From assembly GCA_054661495.1 (NCBI GenBank), contig BAAFSQ010000132.1, positions 1 through 27,450 on the forward strand: DNA of 27,450 nucleotides, in the 5' to 3' direction. The position numbers and the translations under genes are program-made. Position 1 is the stretch's first letter, and the number at the start of each line of letters is the position of its first letter. Shown here in pieces: positions 10,999 through 23,682 of the stretch. The notes below the pieces were generated by a model that was not told where the DNA came from, did not search any database, and was given only the letters and a program-made list of their open reading frames with translations. This DNA is from Zygophlyctis sp. KS116 (Eukaryota > Fungi > Chytridiomycota).

Positions 10999-13900
10999 AT
11001 GACGACTCATACAACTGTAATGCAGGAGAGGACTCTCTACCTCAATGATCCAATCAAGAATAAAACTCTAAAGTTTATGAACAATTCAATATCAACTACA
11101 AAGTATAATCTAGTCAATTTCTTTCCAAAGTTTTTATGGGAGCAATTCACTCGATGGGCAAACTTATTCTTTCTGGTAACCGGACTAGTTCAAGTAAGTC
11201 TCTTTAAGAAATTGAATTCATAGTTGCTGACAGATCTCTCGCCTACTAATAGATGGGGTACAATCATTCCATTGTCTGTTGTTATTCTAGTATCAGCAAT
11301 CAAGGAAATTGTTGAAGATTTCAAGAGACTTAGGCAAGATGCAGACGTTAATAACTGTCTGGCTAAAGTATTGCATGGTGATAGCTTTCAGGATATTCCT
11401 TGGAAAAAGGTGGAAGTTGGGGATATTGTTAGAGTTAATAATGGAGAATTCTTTCCTGCAGATTTGGTATTATTAAGTTCTTCAGAACCAGATGCACTAT
11501 GTTATATTGAAACTAGTAACTTGGATGGAGAAACAAATTTGAAAATTAAACAAGGACTGCCAGAAACTTCACATTTCCTTTCTCCAGAAGCTGTATCTCA
11601 TTTAAATGGTATTTTACAGATTTTTTTTAATAATTTTAGGGGTTATAAAGTCTGAAATGCCAAATAGTAGTCTATATACATTTGAAGGAACAATATTTTT
11701 TGAAAAAAAGGATTATCCTTTAAATCCAGATCAGCTTTTATTAAGGGTAATTAGTAAAAATTAATTTCAAGGGAGCTCAATTGAGAAATACTAGATGGAT
11801 TTATGGGGTTGTGGTGTTTACTGGGCATGAATCTAAACTTTTAAAGAATTCAACGTACGGTTTAGTCTTTTTTTTAAAATATTAGAGCAACACCTATTAA
11901 AAGAACTAAAGTTGAGCATACAGTCAATACTCAGATTATATTTTTATTTCTTATACTCATTGTGATTTCGGTTTCTTGTTCTTTTGGGTCTCTTGATCGT
12001 CAGTTAAACAATCCTTTTGAATCGCAAATTCTATTCTTTTCTACAGATTATAACCAGGCCATTGAAAAGTTTGGCAAGAATATTGTGACTTATATTATTT
12101 TATTTAATAACTTGATTCCTCTTAGGTATTTTGGTTATTTGCTAAACTTAAAAGTTTGATAGTAACAATGGAAGTTGTCAAAGTATTAATTGGATTCTTT
12201 ATAAATCGTGATTTGGATATGTATTATGAAGTCAATGGCACCACGGCCAGGGCTAGAACTTCATCTCTAGTTGAAGAATTAGGGCAAGTCGATTATGTGT
12301 TCTCGGATAAGACTGGAACTTTGACTTGTAATATGATGAAGTTTCAGCGTTGTACGATTGAAAAAATGGCTTATTCACTGCTTTCTCAAGATTTCAAACA
12401 AACTGCAGATGAGAGTGGGAACTCCATAGTACTTTTTTACAAATTTAATTCATAGACCTATTCAGATATGTCACAACTTTTGGAAAACTGGAAAAAGCAG
12501 GGAGAAAACAGTTTTCATCATGAATTTTTAGTACTTCTTGCGGTTTGCCATACTGTCATACCAGAAACTGATGATTCAGGAGATATCATTTATCAGGCAT
12601 CTTCACCTGATGAAGCTGCTCTTGTTAATGCGGCCCGGGATTTGGGATTTATCTTCCATGTAAGAATTATTTAAGCTGATTTCAAGACACGAAAACCAAA
12701 ATCGGTCATTATTAGAGTACAAGAACAAGATCTTGAGTATCAAATTCTAAATGTTTGTGAATTCAACTCGACAAGAAAACGTATGAGCTGTGTTGTTAGA
12801 ACTCCTACTGGTTCCATCAAGCTATATACAAAAGGTGCTGACACGGTTATACTGGAGAGACTAAGAAAGAACCAAAACGAAGTATTAGATATTACCTGCA
12901 AATTATTGGAGGTACCTATAATTTTTTTATATTTAGGATTTTGCAACCGAAGGTTTGCGTACGCTATGTCTCGCATATAGAGATATCTCGCAAGAGGAAT
13001 ATTCAAGATGGTCGAAAATCTACGATGAGGCTGCAAGAACGATTAATAATCGAGGAGAAGAACTTGATAAAGCAGCAGAGCTCATTGAAAAAGACCTGAC
13101 TCTGCTGGGCTCAACAGCGATCGAAGATAAGTTGCAAGATGGTGTTCCTGACACAATTCATACGCTAATGGAAGCAGGAATTAAAGTTTGGGTATTAACT
13201 GGAGATAGGCAAGAAACCGCAATCAACATTGGCTACTCTTGTCGACTGATAACTGCAGAAATGAATCTTATTGTTTGCAACGAAGTTAATAAAACCGACA
13301 CCAAAAACTTTTTGGAGGCTTCTTTGGCTAATGTAAAGCAGACGCTTGGAGTTGGAACATCCTTAGTTTCAAAGAAGAAACTCAAGCATTTCTTTTTCCC
13401 CAAATCTAGGAAAGCATTTGGAAAAGACTTTGAAGTGGATGCTGCTGTAAGTTCGTAAAACTAATATATAGTCTATGGCTCTGATTATTGACGGTAAATC
13501 TTTAGGATTTGCTTTAGAAGAAGATGTGAAGCTGACATTTTTAGAGCTGGCATTACTATGCAAAGCTGTTGTATGCTGTCGAGTATCGCCTATTCAAAAG
13601 GCTTTGGTTGTCAAATTAGTCAAGGATAATGTGGAGGAGTCTGTTACATTGGCGATTGGGGATGGTGCCAATGATGTCAGCATGATTCAGTCTGCTCAAG
13701 TGGGAGTTGGGATTTCTGGCCTGGAAGGCTTGCAAGCAGCCAGGAACGCTGACTTTTCTATTTCTCAATTCCGTTTTCTTCGTAAACTCCTATTAGTGCA
13801 TGGTGGATGGGCTTATTCGAGGATGAGTAAAATTATTTTATTATGCTTTTATAAGAATATTACCTTATATATGATTCAACTATGGTATGCAACGCAAAAT

Positions 13901-14788
13901 GGCTATTCGGGAGCGGTAAATATAACCAATTCATTTACAATATAGACTCTATTTGAGACATGGAGCTCTGTTTCTAGCTATAATGTTTTATGGACAGTTG
14001 CTCAGCCTTTTGCGATAGGTCTTTTTGATCAATATGCATCGGCCCGAATTTTGGACCGGTATCCCCCTCTTTATCGTCTTGGGCAAAAAAGCATATTTTA
14101 CAATCATGGCGTCTTTTGGGCATGGATTTCAACATCATTTGTTCAATCTGCAATTCTATTCTTCATTTGGGCGCTTATTGTCGGCGAATCTACGGTTCTT
14201 ATAGATGGAAAGGCCATAGACAATTGGGTGTTTGGAATAATGATTTATACTTCAGACTTATTGACTGTAATGCTTAAGGCGTGCTTGGTGGTCGATACTT
14301 GGGTTTTCATCACAATGCTAGCTGTTTTTGGTAGTTTCTTTATGTATTTTGTGCTATTTCTTCCGGTACGAGCATTTATTATTAAACTTTAAGTACACAA
14401 TCGTAGGACCACTCACAAAATGGTCGCCTGAACTGTTTAACGTTTTAGCACCTTCATTTGCTACACCTGTATTTTGGTGTGGAATATTTTTAGTCCCAGT
14501 TATCGCCATATTTCGGGACTTTACATGGAAATAGTACGTCTGACATGTCTAATAATTAGTATAAAACGCAACTACTATCCTAAATCGTATCATATTGCTC
14601 AAGAAATATACAAATACAATATACCTGACTATAGACCGAGGCAAGAATGGTTCCGAAAAGCTGTGACCAAAGTTCGTCAGATTCAGAGACTGAAGAAAAT
14701 TCGTGGATATGCATTTTCTCAAAATGAAACAGGACAAAATAAGTTGATTCGTGCATATGACACAACTAGAGCAAAGCCGTTAGGATAA
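10999..14788 (+). CDS. DRS2: P4-ATPase phospholipid flippase, Drs2/ATP8A-like
   Basis: [60 protein letters not shown] and C-terminal GYAFSQ. 12 introns of 25-31 nt traced. Confidence 0.95.
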
Positions 14789-14811
14789 AAAATAAATGTT
14801 TTTAACTTAAA

Positions 14812-17800
14812 CTACTTTCTTTTAGAACCTCTATCCGCCCCTGCACTTATTTTGCTATTCCTGGGTGGTAGTTGAGCAAGTTCTAGATATCGTTACAATA
14901 TATTTACATACCATTCAAAGAAATTTTCTTCGTAAATGTGGGGGTAGATGTTCCTGATGATCGTTGTGAGTCACGGCCAGCTTTATACAGCCCCCGACTC
15001 TGTACTAGAATTGATCTCTTTTTCCCAGTTGTGGAACTTGCTCTGCTTTGATCATCACATACACTATCCGTTCTTGAGCTTACTCTTGAAACGCTCCTAG
15101 ATATTGGCTCGAGGCCGACCTGGTTTTTAAAATATCGAACATACATTTTCGTATAGGCTTTCCATATTGAGTGGGATTGTTTTATTCTCGATGATTTTAT
15201 TGATTTCAGTTAGAACTAAAGTCCCAAGCTCTTTTGCTTTCCTAATCAAAAACTCTTTTTCTTCCGGTAAAACCTCTTTGGCATCAATCCCTACTCGTTT
15301 GTGCAAGTCTGCGGCTTCACGGATAATTGCTTTGCGTGCTCGTTCCTTTTTTTGATCTGCATGCGAAATGTCAGAACCTAATTGACTGATTTTGGCCTGT
15401 AAGTTCTGAATATAATGCATTTTTTCTGCTTCTTCAGCATTAATCTGGGATAAAGATCTCTCCAAAGACATTAGTTGCTGCTGAAAGTCGTGTATGACCT
15501 CTCTCTTTAATTTGTACTGCTCCATAATTTGTCTGTATTGCTAATAATGAGTAACAGAAAAATTACTGCTTCCAACATTTCTTTGTGTTGGATGTCTTTG
15601 CTGTCTAATTCGGACTTATAAATACTATTATATGTTAATTTATCTACATACTTTTGTCTGTAATCCTCATTACGATCATTCATTAAGCTTAAGGTATTTT
15701 CTAGTGCCTTGATTTCTTTTTCTGCTTTTCGAATGTTAGCATCAAGTTCATCGCCTTCTCGTTGAAGTTCTTCACGCTTTTGTGCTGCTCTAATGACATA
15801 ATAAGTCTGTGAAACATGTTCTTCTCCTTCTTCAGGAGCAAATTGAGTCATGAGTATCTCATATCTCTTTTTGAGTTTATCTATTTTGCTTAATCGGCTT
15901 CTTAATTCTGATGTTGCCGAATGGCGCTCCTCATCACTAGCTTTCAGTTGGATTCTGAGTATGTCTTTATGGATTTCAATCTCTTTGGTACGTGCCTCCA
16001 ATGCTAATTGCAAACCAACTTGGCGGTTTTCTAATGTCAAAACTTCATCCGCTCTGGCATTTAAAAATCCTCTCAACTTCTTGATCTCTAAATGACGAAT
16101 ATTTTCTTCGACGAGTAACTCTTCTTTTTCTCGAATTTTAGCATTAAGTTGAATTGACTAAATCATTAAAAGTATAGTTTACAGCATTTTCAGTATATAG
16201 TTGCAATTCGTCAATACTATCTATAGTTTGCTGCTTCTCTTTTTGCATGATTTCCTTTTTACGTTTAGTTTGTCTGATTTTAGCCTATAGAACAATCTAT
16301 ACCTTAGGTCATCTTGAGCCTTTTTTAGCTGGGTTGAAAGTACGGAAAACAATTTGTTTTGTGCCCCGGCTTTTTTTTCAAGCTCTTTTATTCTTTTCAA
16401 CAAAACTTCTTTTTCCTCATCAGTTCGATCCCCCTACCAGGTTATTTATGATTGATACCTGAGCACGTCTAACTTTACGTTCAAGCTGCTGAATTTGAAA
16501 TTCTTGGGCATACAGCATAGCTTGCTGCTTTAAAGCTTCTTGATCTAATCTATTCTGTCAGAGATGGCACAAACTACTTACTGACGAATCTTAGTCTTCA
16601 GATTCCTTAAAGCACTTTCTCCTCCTGATATATCAGCTGTTGCATTTTTTTCTTCCTGTTTTAGTTTGAATAACTCCTGATTGCATTTAAACTCTAACAT
16701 AAGAAAGGCCTAGCTTACGTGTTTCGTGGATTAACTTGAGTATTCGATCTAATTCCTTATTATGAAGCTCTTGCTGATGAAGAATATCTTCCAGCTAAAT
16801 GTAAAAAGATATAAATCTACCTGCTTGGCTTTTGATTCTTTAGAATCTGTGTCTTGTTTTGCTTGATTAAGTTTTGACTTTAAATCTTCAAATCGCTCTT
16901 TTTCCCTTGTTAATTGATCATGTCGACTAGATAAATCTTTCTGTAAATTTTTGACTTCAAGTCTCCCCGAGTTAACAGCATTTGAAGCTAGTTTTTAATA
17001 AATTCAAATTACTCTTATTTATGCTATTCTTAATCACTTCTACTTCATCACTATGAACCAACAGAGCTGCATTACATTCTGATTGCTCCAATCTAAAATT
17101 TAGCCATGTTAAGATACTTTGCAGTGCTAACAGTTCGATCATATATCTTTATTCTCTTCTCTAGATCAGAGTTATTTTGATATTGCTGCATCAAAAACTC
17201 TTGCTTCTTATTGATTTTTTCAACCTTTTTACGTATATCATCCTAAAAATTAAGCTCCTTTCCTTTTTACCTTCAGCTCACTATACCTGGCTTGTGCATT
17301 AAGAATATCCTCATCTTTTTTTTGCATTGTTCTGATTGAATTTTCCCATTGATCAATTAAATCTTGACGCTCCTGATGCAAAGATTTAAATGCCTCGGTA
17401 GTTTTATCTAATTCAATTTGCGAAACCTGTGTTTCCGTGACCTTTAACATAAATCACAAAAATTACCTCCATTGTGAGCAATGCATTTCTCTTATTCACT
17501 TCCTGCATCAACTTTTCAATGCTCAAATTCAACCCCTTAATTTTGATATTGTCCTCTTTCGAGTATTTTAAAAGTGCTAAATTATCATCATCTTTTTCGG
17601 CTTGAACGCGAAGCCATTCATCCAGCTCTTCCTTTTCAAACTTGAGCTCTGACCGAATGCTCTCTATTTTCTCATTTCCTCGGTAAATATTATTTTGAAC
17701 AATCGTCAGCTATGTATAATTACAGTTTAAAATTACCTGATCCGATGATTCAGCGATTTCATTTTCAATTCTCTTAATTTCTACAGTCAGTCTTCCGCAT

Positions 17801-18121
17801 TCACGATCTGCTAGCTGTTTAAAATGATCTTCTGTTTCAACTTGTCTACATTTGGCATCATAAATTCCCTATGCTTTTTAATATGCTCCAAAGCATACCT
17901 GAGTATGTGCCAATTCCTGCTTTACATTTTTCATGTGAATTGACATTGCGTCACCTCGAGTTGAGTTATCTTCAATATCTTGAGCCAGACTTCCTAATTT
18001 GATCTCTAATTTTTTGATCTTTTGTTAAGCATTGTTTAATTACTTGTTCTCCTAATAATTTGTTTTCCTGATTTGCAAAAGGAGGAAGAGAATGTATCGA
18101 ATTATTCTCATCTTGTATCAT
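14812..18121 (-). CDS. CCDC39: Coiled-coil domain-containing protein 39 (FAP59, axonemal 96-nm ruler)
   Basis: LPPFANQENK, HMKNVKQELAHTQ, IELDKTTEAFKSLHQERQDLIDQWE, SQTYYVIRAAQKREELQREGDELDANIRKAEKEIKALENTL. 17 introns of 25-32 nt traced. An alternative in-frame ATG lies at 18199. Confidence 0.92.
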
Positions 18122-18148
18122 AATAAATGATTCTTCCGAAGAGAATGA

Positions 18149-18175
18149 AAATGTCCGATTTACTTTCGGACATTT
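18149..18175. promoter_or_regulatory. Perfect 10-bp-arm palindrome AAATGTCCGA-N7-TCGGACATTT in the CCDC39/CDKL divergent promoter
   Basis: Seen directly. The same ATGTCCGA core recurs at 18432 and in four other intergenic regions. The regulatory role is inferred. Confidence 0.6.
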
Positions 18176-18481
18176 AAGAGCAATCAGACATTTTGCCATG
18201 CTACAGATAATTTTTAACAGAAGCCATAATAAATTGTAAGATTCATTAAATTATAAAGCTCACTAAAGTAAATAAAGGAGTTCAAGACAGAATTAACACG
18301 ATCAACAATCAAAATTACTCCATCCCTACATGATTCAATTACTGTATATCATCGATTGTAATATGAAAATTAGAAATTTAGACTTTTCTTAAAAAGAAGC
18401 TCCTAAGAAATCGTCAGCCCAGCTCGTGCAAATGTCCGAACGCATCATCCGAAACGTCATTTTTATCTGTTTATTTATTAA

Positions 18482-19925
<1,444 letters not shown>

Positions 19926-19974
19926 CTCGTGGGTATAAATCTCAATAAAAAGATTAAAAGTTATATCATTCACT

Positions 19975-20494
19975 TCAAACATTGAGATTTTCAAAAATTC
20001 CACATCCAGATCCGGGCTTACTAGCAAAAATATATTCATTTAAGATCGGATCATCCAAAGCTACATTCGGTAGAATTTTCTGATAATAGTCTTTTTTTAG
20101 AGAGTACATAAAGTCATCGATCTTGTCAGCTTCCACCAAAGAAACAGTACATCCTCCCCATCCATTCCACCAGACTGAACGCCAGCATATCTTTCACTAT
20201 CTATTGCAACTTGAGTAAGCTCTCCCTCAAATTATAATAATGAAAAAATACCATCTTTAAAGACTGCTGATATGCTACCATTGTTCCTAAGGCTGAACAA
20301 CATACAAAAGCTGCACTGGAAGATAGTCCGCCTCCCTAACTTTTTAAATATTTTGAAATCGTACCAGAGGAACAGTCCCATCCATCATAATCATTAAACT
20401 TTTAGTCGCTTTCAACTTGAGTTTCTCAAAGATCCCTTTATATCCACACTTGAAATAATTCGACCATTCATGAACCGACGCATCAATATCAACA
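19975..20494 (-). pseudogene. GAL1: 5'-truncated, internally deleted, inverted copy of the galactokinase gene
   Basis: 20160-20494 is the reverse complement of 26172-26506, with no mismatch seen and two introns retained. 20030-20160 is the reverse complement of 27320-27450 with one substitution. It continues to ..EYIFASKPGSGCGIFENLNV* (TGA 19975-19977). The junction is frameshifted. Confidence 0.93.
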
Positions 20495-20602
20495 GTATGC
20501 ATTAAAATAAACTTATGTCATCTTATTTTAAGATTTGAGGAGTAAGGGAAACTCAGGTTTAAACATCAATCGCTAAAAGCATTTTATTCACTTATAAGCT
20601 AT

Positions 20603-22568
20603 TTAACCATGTATACCAAGTTCTTTCAACCGTCCGAGTATATCCCGCAGTTTATTTTTTTTCAGAGCTTCAAGAATCACAACATCATATCGAATTAAAT
20701 CATTCATACGTTTATCTTGTAGCAAAAGAATAAAAGTGGGAATAGAACCAGATTTCAAACCATTTAAAAGTGCAAGATTATTTCGATCTGTTGGATCTAC
20801 TCTTTGATCGTTGAGCAATATTTGAACTATTTCTTTTTTTCCATTTAGAGAAGCTAGGATAATAGCTGAATTTCCTTGATCTGATGGATCTACTCTTGGA
20901 TCATTAATCATCATTTGAACTAATTCTTTGTTACCATTTATACAAGCATAAATTGTTGCTGCATTTCTTTGATCTGAGGGATCTACTCTTTCATCTTTTA
21001 GCAGCATTTGAACAATTTCCTTGTGTCCATTTTTACAAGCATAAATTGTTGCTGAATTTGTCTTATCAGAAGGATCAACTCTCTCGTCTTTAAGAAGAAC
21101 TTCAACAACCATTATGTGTCCATAAGCAGAAGCAAAAATGATTGCTGCATTTTGATTATAAGAAGGATCCGCTCTTTGATCCTGTAGCAATAGCTCAACT
21201 ATTTTATGATGTCCACTTTCAGAAGCTCGGATAATAGCTGAATTTCCTCGATCTGATGGATCTACTCTTGGATCATTAAGCATCATTTGAACTATTTCTT
21301 TGTTACCATTTTTACAAGCATAAATTGTTGCTGCATTTCTTTCATCTGAGGGATCTACCCTTTCATCTTTTAGCAGCATTTGAACAATTTCCTTGTGTCC
21401 ATTTTGAGCAGCAAAGATTATCGCTGTATTTGTCATATCAGAAGGATCAACTCTTTGATCCTGTAGCAATAGCTCAACTATTTCATAATGTCCATTCTTA
21501 GAAGCATTGAACAAGGCCAAATTTTTCCGATCAGAAGGATCAACTCTTGAATCCTTCAGCAACAATTTCACAATTTCAAAGTGACCATTATAAGAAGCCT
21601 TGAAAATTGATGCATTATAACAATCAGAAGGATCTACCTTTTCATTTTTCAGCAACAATTCCACAATTTTAAAGTGTCCGTTTTGGGCAGCTTCAATTAT
21701 TGCGGAATTGTGAAAACAAGAAGGATCAATTCTAGGATCATTGAGTAATACTTTGACAAGATCCATATTTCCAATTTTGCAAGCTTCTACAAAGTCCAAA
21801 TTACAATAATTTTGAGTTTTATTAGAGAGAGCAATTCCATTGTCAAATGAATCGATCATCATTTGATCTTCATTATCAGAAGCAGTTATGGAATTTTCCA
21901 ATGAAATATCTATTTGATTAACTCTTAAAGAAAATACCATGATATTTTCCCTTCAAATCTTTTATTTCTCTTTTAAGCATATTATAGATTTTTCTCATAT
22001 TTCCAGTGCTGAAAGCCTTCCAATCAAGATCTTTAAATTTATCACTAATAAAATTACATTCTTGTTTTTCATTTTTGTCTCCAACAATCATAAGATCATT
22101 CACATTGAATCCCCCATGAGATTCTTTGTTTCGATGAAAATGACTATGCATGGAATTTATGTTCTCAATCTCGTAATATTCATCTTGCTTAAAGCAGACA
22201 GAACATCTGTAAAGAACAAATTCAAGTCCGGTTCCTTGAGTCATTTTTTGCGAGTAAGGTCTAGGTGCCTCACCATTGAGAGCATCTCTTTGAGCTTTAA
22301 GAAGTTGGAAGTTTTTTCTCACATTTCCAGTACTGAAAGCCTTCCAATCAAGATCTTTAAATTTATAACTAATAAAATTACATTCTTGTTTTTCATTTTT
22401 GTCTCCAACAATCATTATATCATTCACATTGAATCCCCCATGAGATTCTTTGTTTCGATGAAAATGACTATGCATGGAATTTATGTTCTCAATCTCGTAA
22501 TATTCATCATGCTTAAAGCAGACAGAACATCTGTAAAGAACAAATTCAAGTCCGGTTCCTTGAGTCAT
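20603..22568 (-). CDS. Protein with duplicated N-terminal CxxC..HxH (zinc-finger-like) domain and about 12 31-aa ankyrin-like repeats
   Basis: A 28-nt intron at 21910-21937 (gtattttc..caaatag) fuses ORF 21918-22568 to ORF 20603-21940 (KYH|DISL). Repeat consensus DPSDxxNxAIIxAxxNGHxEIVxLLLxDxRV. Confidence 0.8.
20770..21790 (-). repeat. 93-bp coding tandem array (31-aa ankyrin-like units) with a 372-bp higher-order duplication
   Basis: 11 DPS/DPT motifs spaced 31 aa apart. About 20870-21030 is nearly identical to about 21240-21400 (offset 372 = 4 x 93). Confidence 0.9.
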
Positions 22569-22591
22569 TTTTTGCGAGTGAGGTCTAGGTG
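21989..22591. repeat. Intragenic tandem duplication, 324-bp period, two copies of about 280 bp
   Basis: 21989-22267 versus 22313-22591; I count 7 substitutions. Confidence 0.95.
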
Positions 22592-22650
22592 GATGATCCT
22601 AATGAAGTTTCGGACATTGTGGATTATTCTTTTGAAGTTTCGGACATTGT
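22591..22650. repeat. 30-bp tandem duplication, each copy carrying TTCGGACAT
   Basis: 22591-22620 versus 22621-22650: 4 mismatches, last 18 nt identical. Confidence 0.85.
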
Positions 22651-22746
22651 AAGGCGATAATGGTATGATCAGCTGCAACTCTTATAAATTATGAAATGGA
22701 TAAAATCGGAGTGATTCATTCATGTATACTTGGAAATTAGATAAAT

Positions 22747-23480
22747 TCATAATTTTTTATTCCACTGCTGAGCAACCTTTGACTTTACATTATCATATTT
22801 TCCAGGCTTCTTTACAGCATTCTTTTTCCAGCCTTCTACAGTTTCAGAGACTTTAGTCGACAGTGTGGGGTTTGGAATCACAGACACCTGAAGAATATTG
22901 TGTACAATGCTTTTAATTTCTGAAAGCGGAATCATTGTCTCTGATTTCCCAGGAAATTTCTCTAAAATTATTTAAAATATAATAATTACCATTTAAAAGA
23001 TTTCTTAATTTTAGAAAAGTAGACATTTTCATTCCTAAATCACTTAAATCTTTAAATTCCAGCGACTTTAATAAATCCCAGTCTAGTAATTCTTGCTCTT
23101 GTAGAATTCTTACAGAATCTTGAGATAAATGTGCTAATAATTGGTCTTTGAGATTTTCTTTTTCACTATTGACACGGTCAATTAGCGGTGGTTCCTCTTG
23201 AATAACCTTTTCTTGCATGTCTTCCTTTAGTTCTTCTTGCAATGGTTCTTCAGATACAATCTTTGGTTCTTGAGATACATCCATAGACTCCAAAGTCTCT
23301 GATATTTCATTCAAGGAAGGTGAAGGTGTCAGTAAATAATATTCTTTCAAGATATTTTGTAAATCACCAGTCTTGAATTAAATTTAAAGAGATACTTACC
23401 TTTTTATTGGCTCCTTTAAGTCCATATTCTTTAATAAGTGCTTGAAGCTGAGAACGAGACAGAGATTCTAGATTTTGCAT
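22747..23480 (-). CDS. Uncharacterised protein: N-terminal SAP-like motif, acidic linker, SAM domain, basic C-terminus
   Basis: ATG 23480: MQNLESLSRSQLQALIKEYGLKGANKK|TGDLQNILKEY (SAP-like). ILQEQELLDWDLLKSLEFKDLSDLGMKMSTFLKL is SAM-like. Two 28-nt introns. Confidence 0.7.
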
Positions 23481-23682
23481 CAGAATAACTTACACGTCCG
23501 ATTCCAGAGGAAATGTCCGAAAGTTGAAAAATCTGTTTTCAGCGAGCGTCTTGGGCTCAAGTCCAGGCTTTTTAGTGAATTGTCAGATTCAATGTTTTTA
23601 GGAGTAGTTGTATGAAGATGTCAGGAATGGTGTTTCAGGAACTGGGTGAATTTTTAGGTGAAACCCAAGGTTAAAACTTTAA

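Noticed and set aside
19975-20494. Processed retrocopy of GAL1
   Set aside because: Both introns inside the copied block are retained.
20770-22650. CRISPR array or LTR pair
   Set aside because: The repeats are in-frame coding units in a eukaryotic gene, with no unique spacers, TG..CA ends or retroelement ORFs.
21939-22652. 237-aa plus-strand ORF
   Set aside because: Antisense shadow whose length is doubled by the 324-bp duplication; no recognisable domain.
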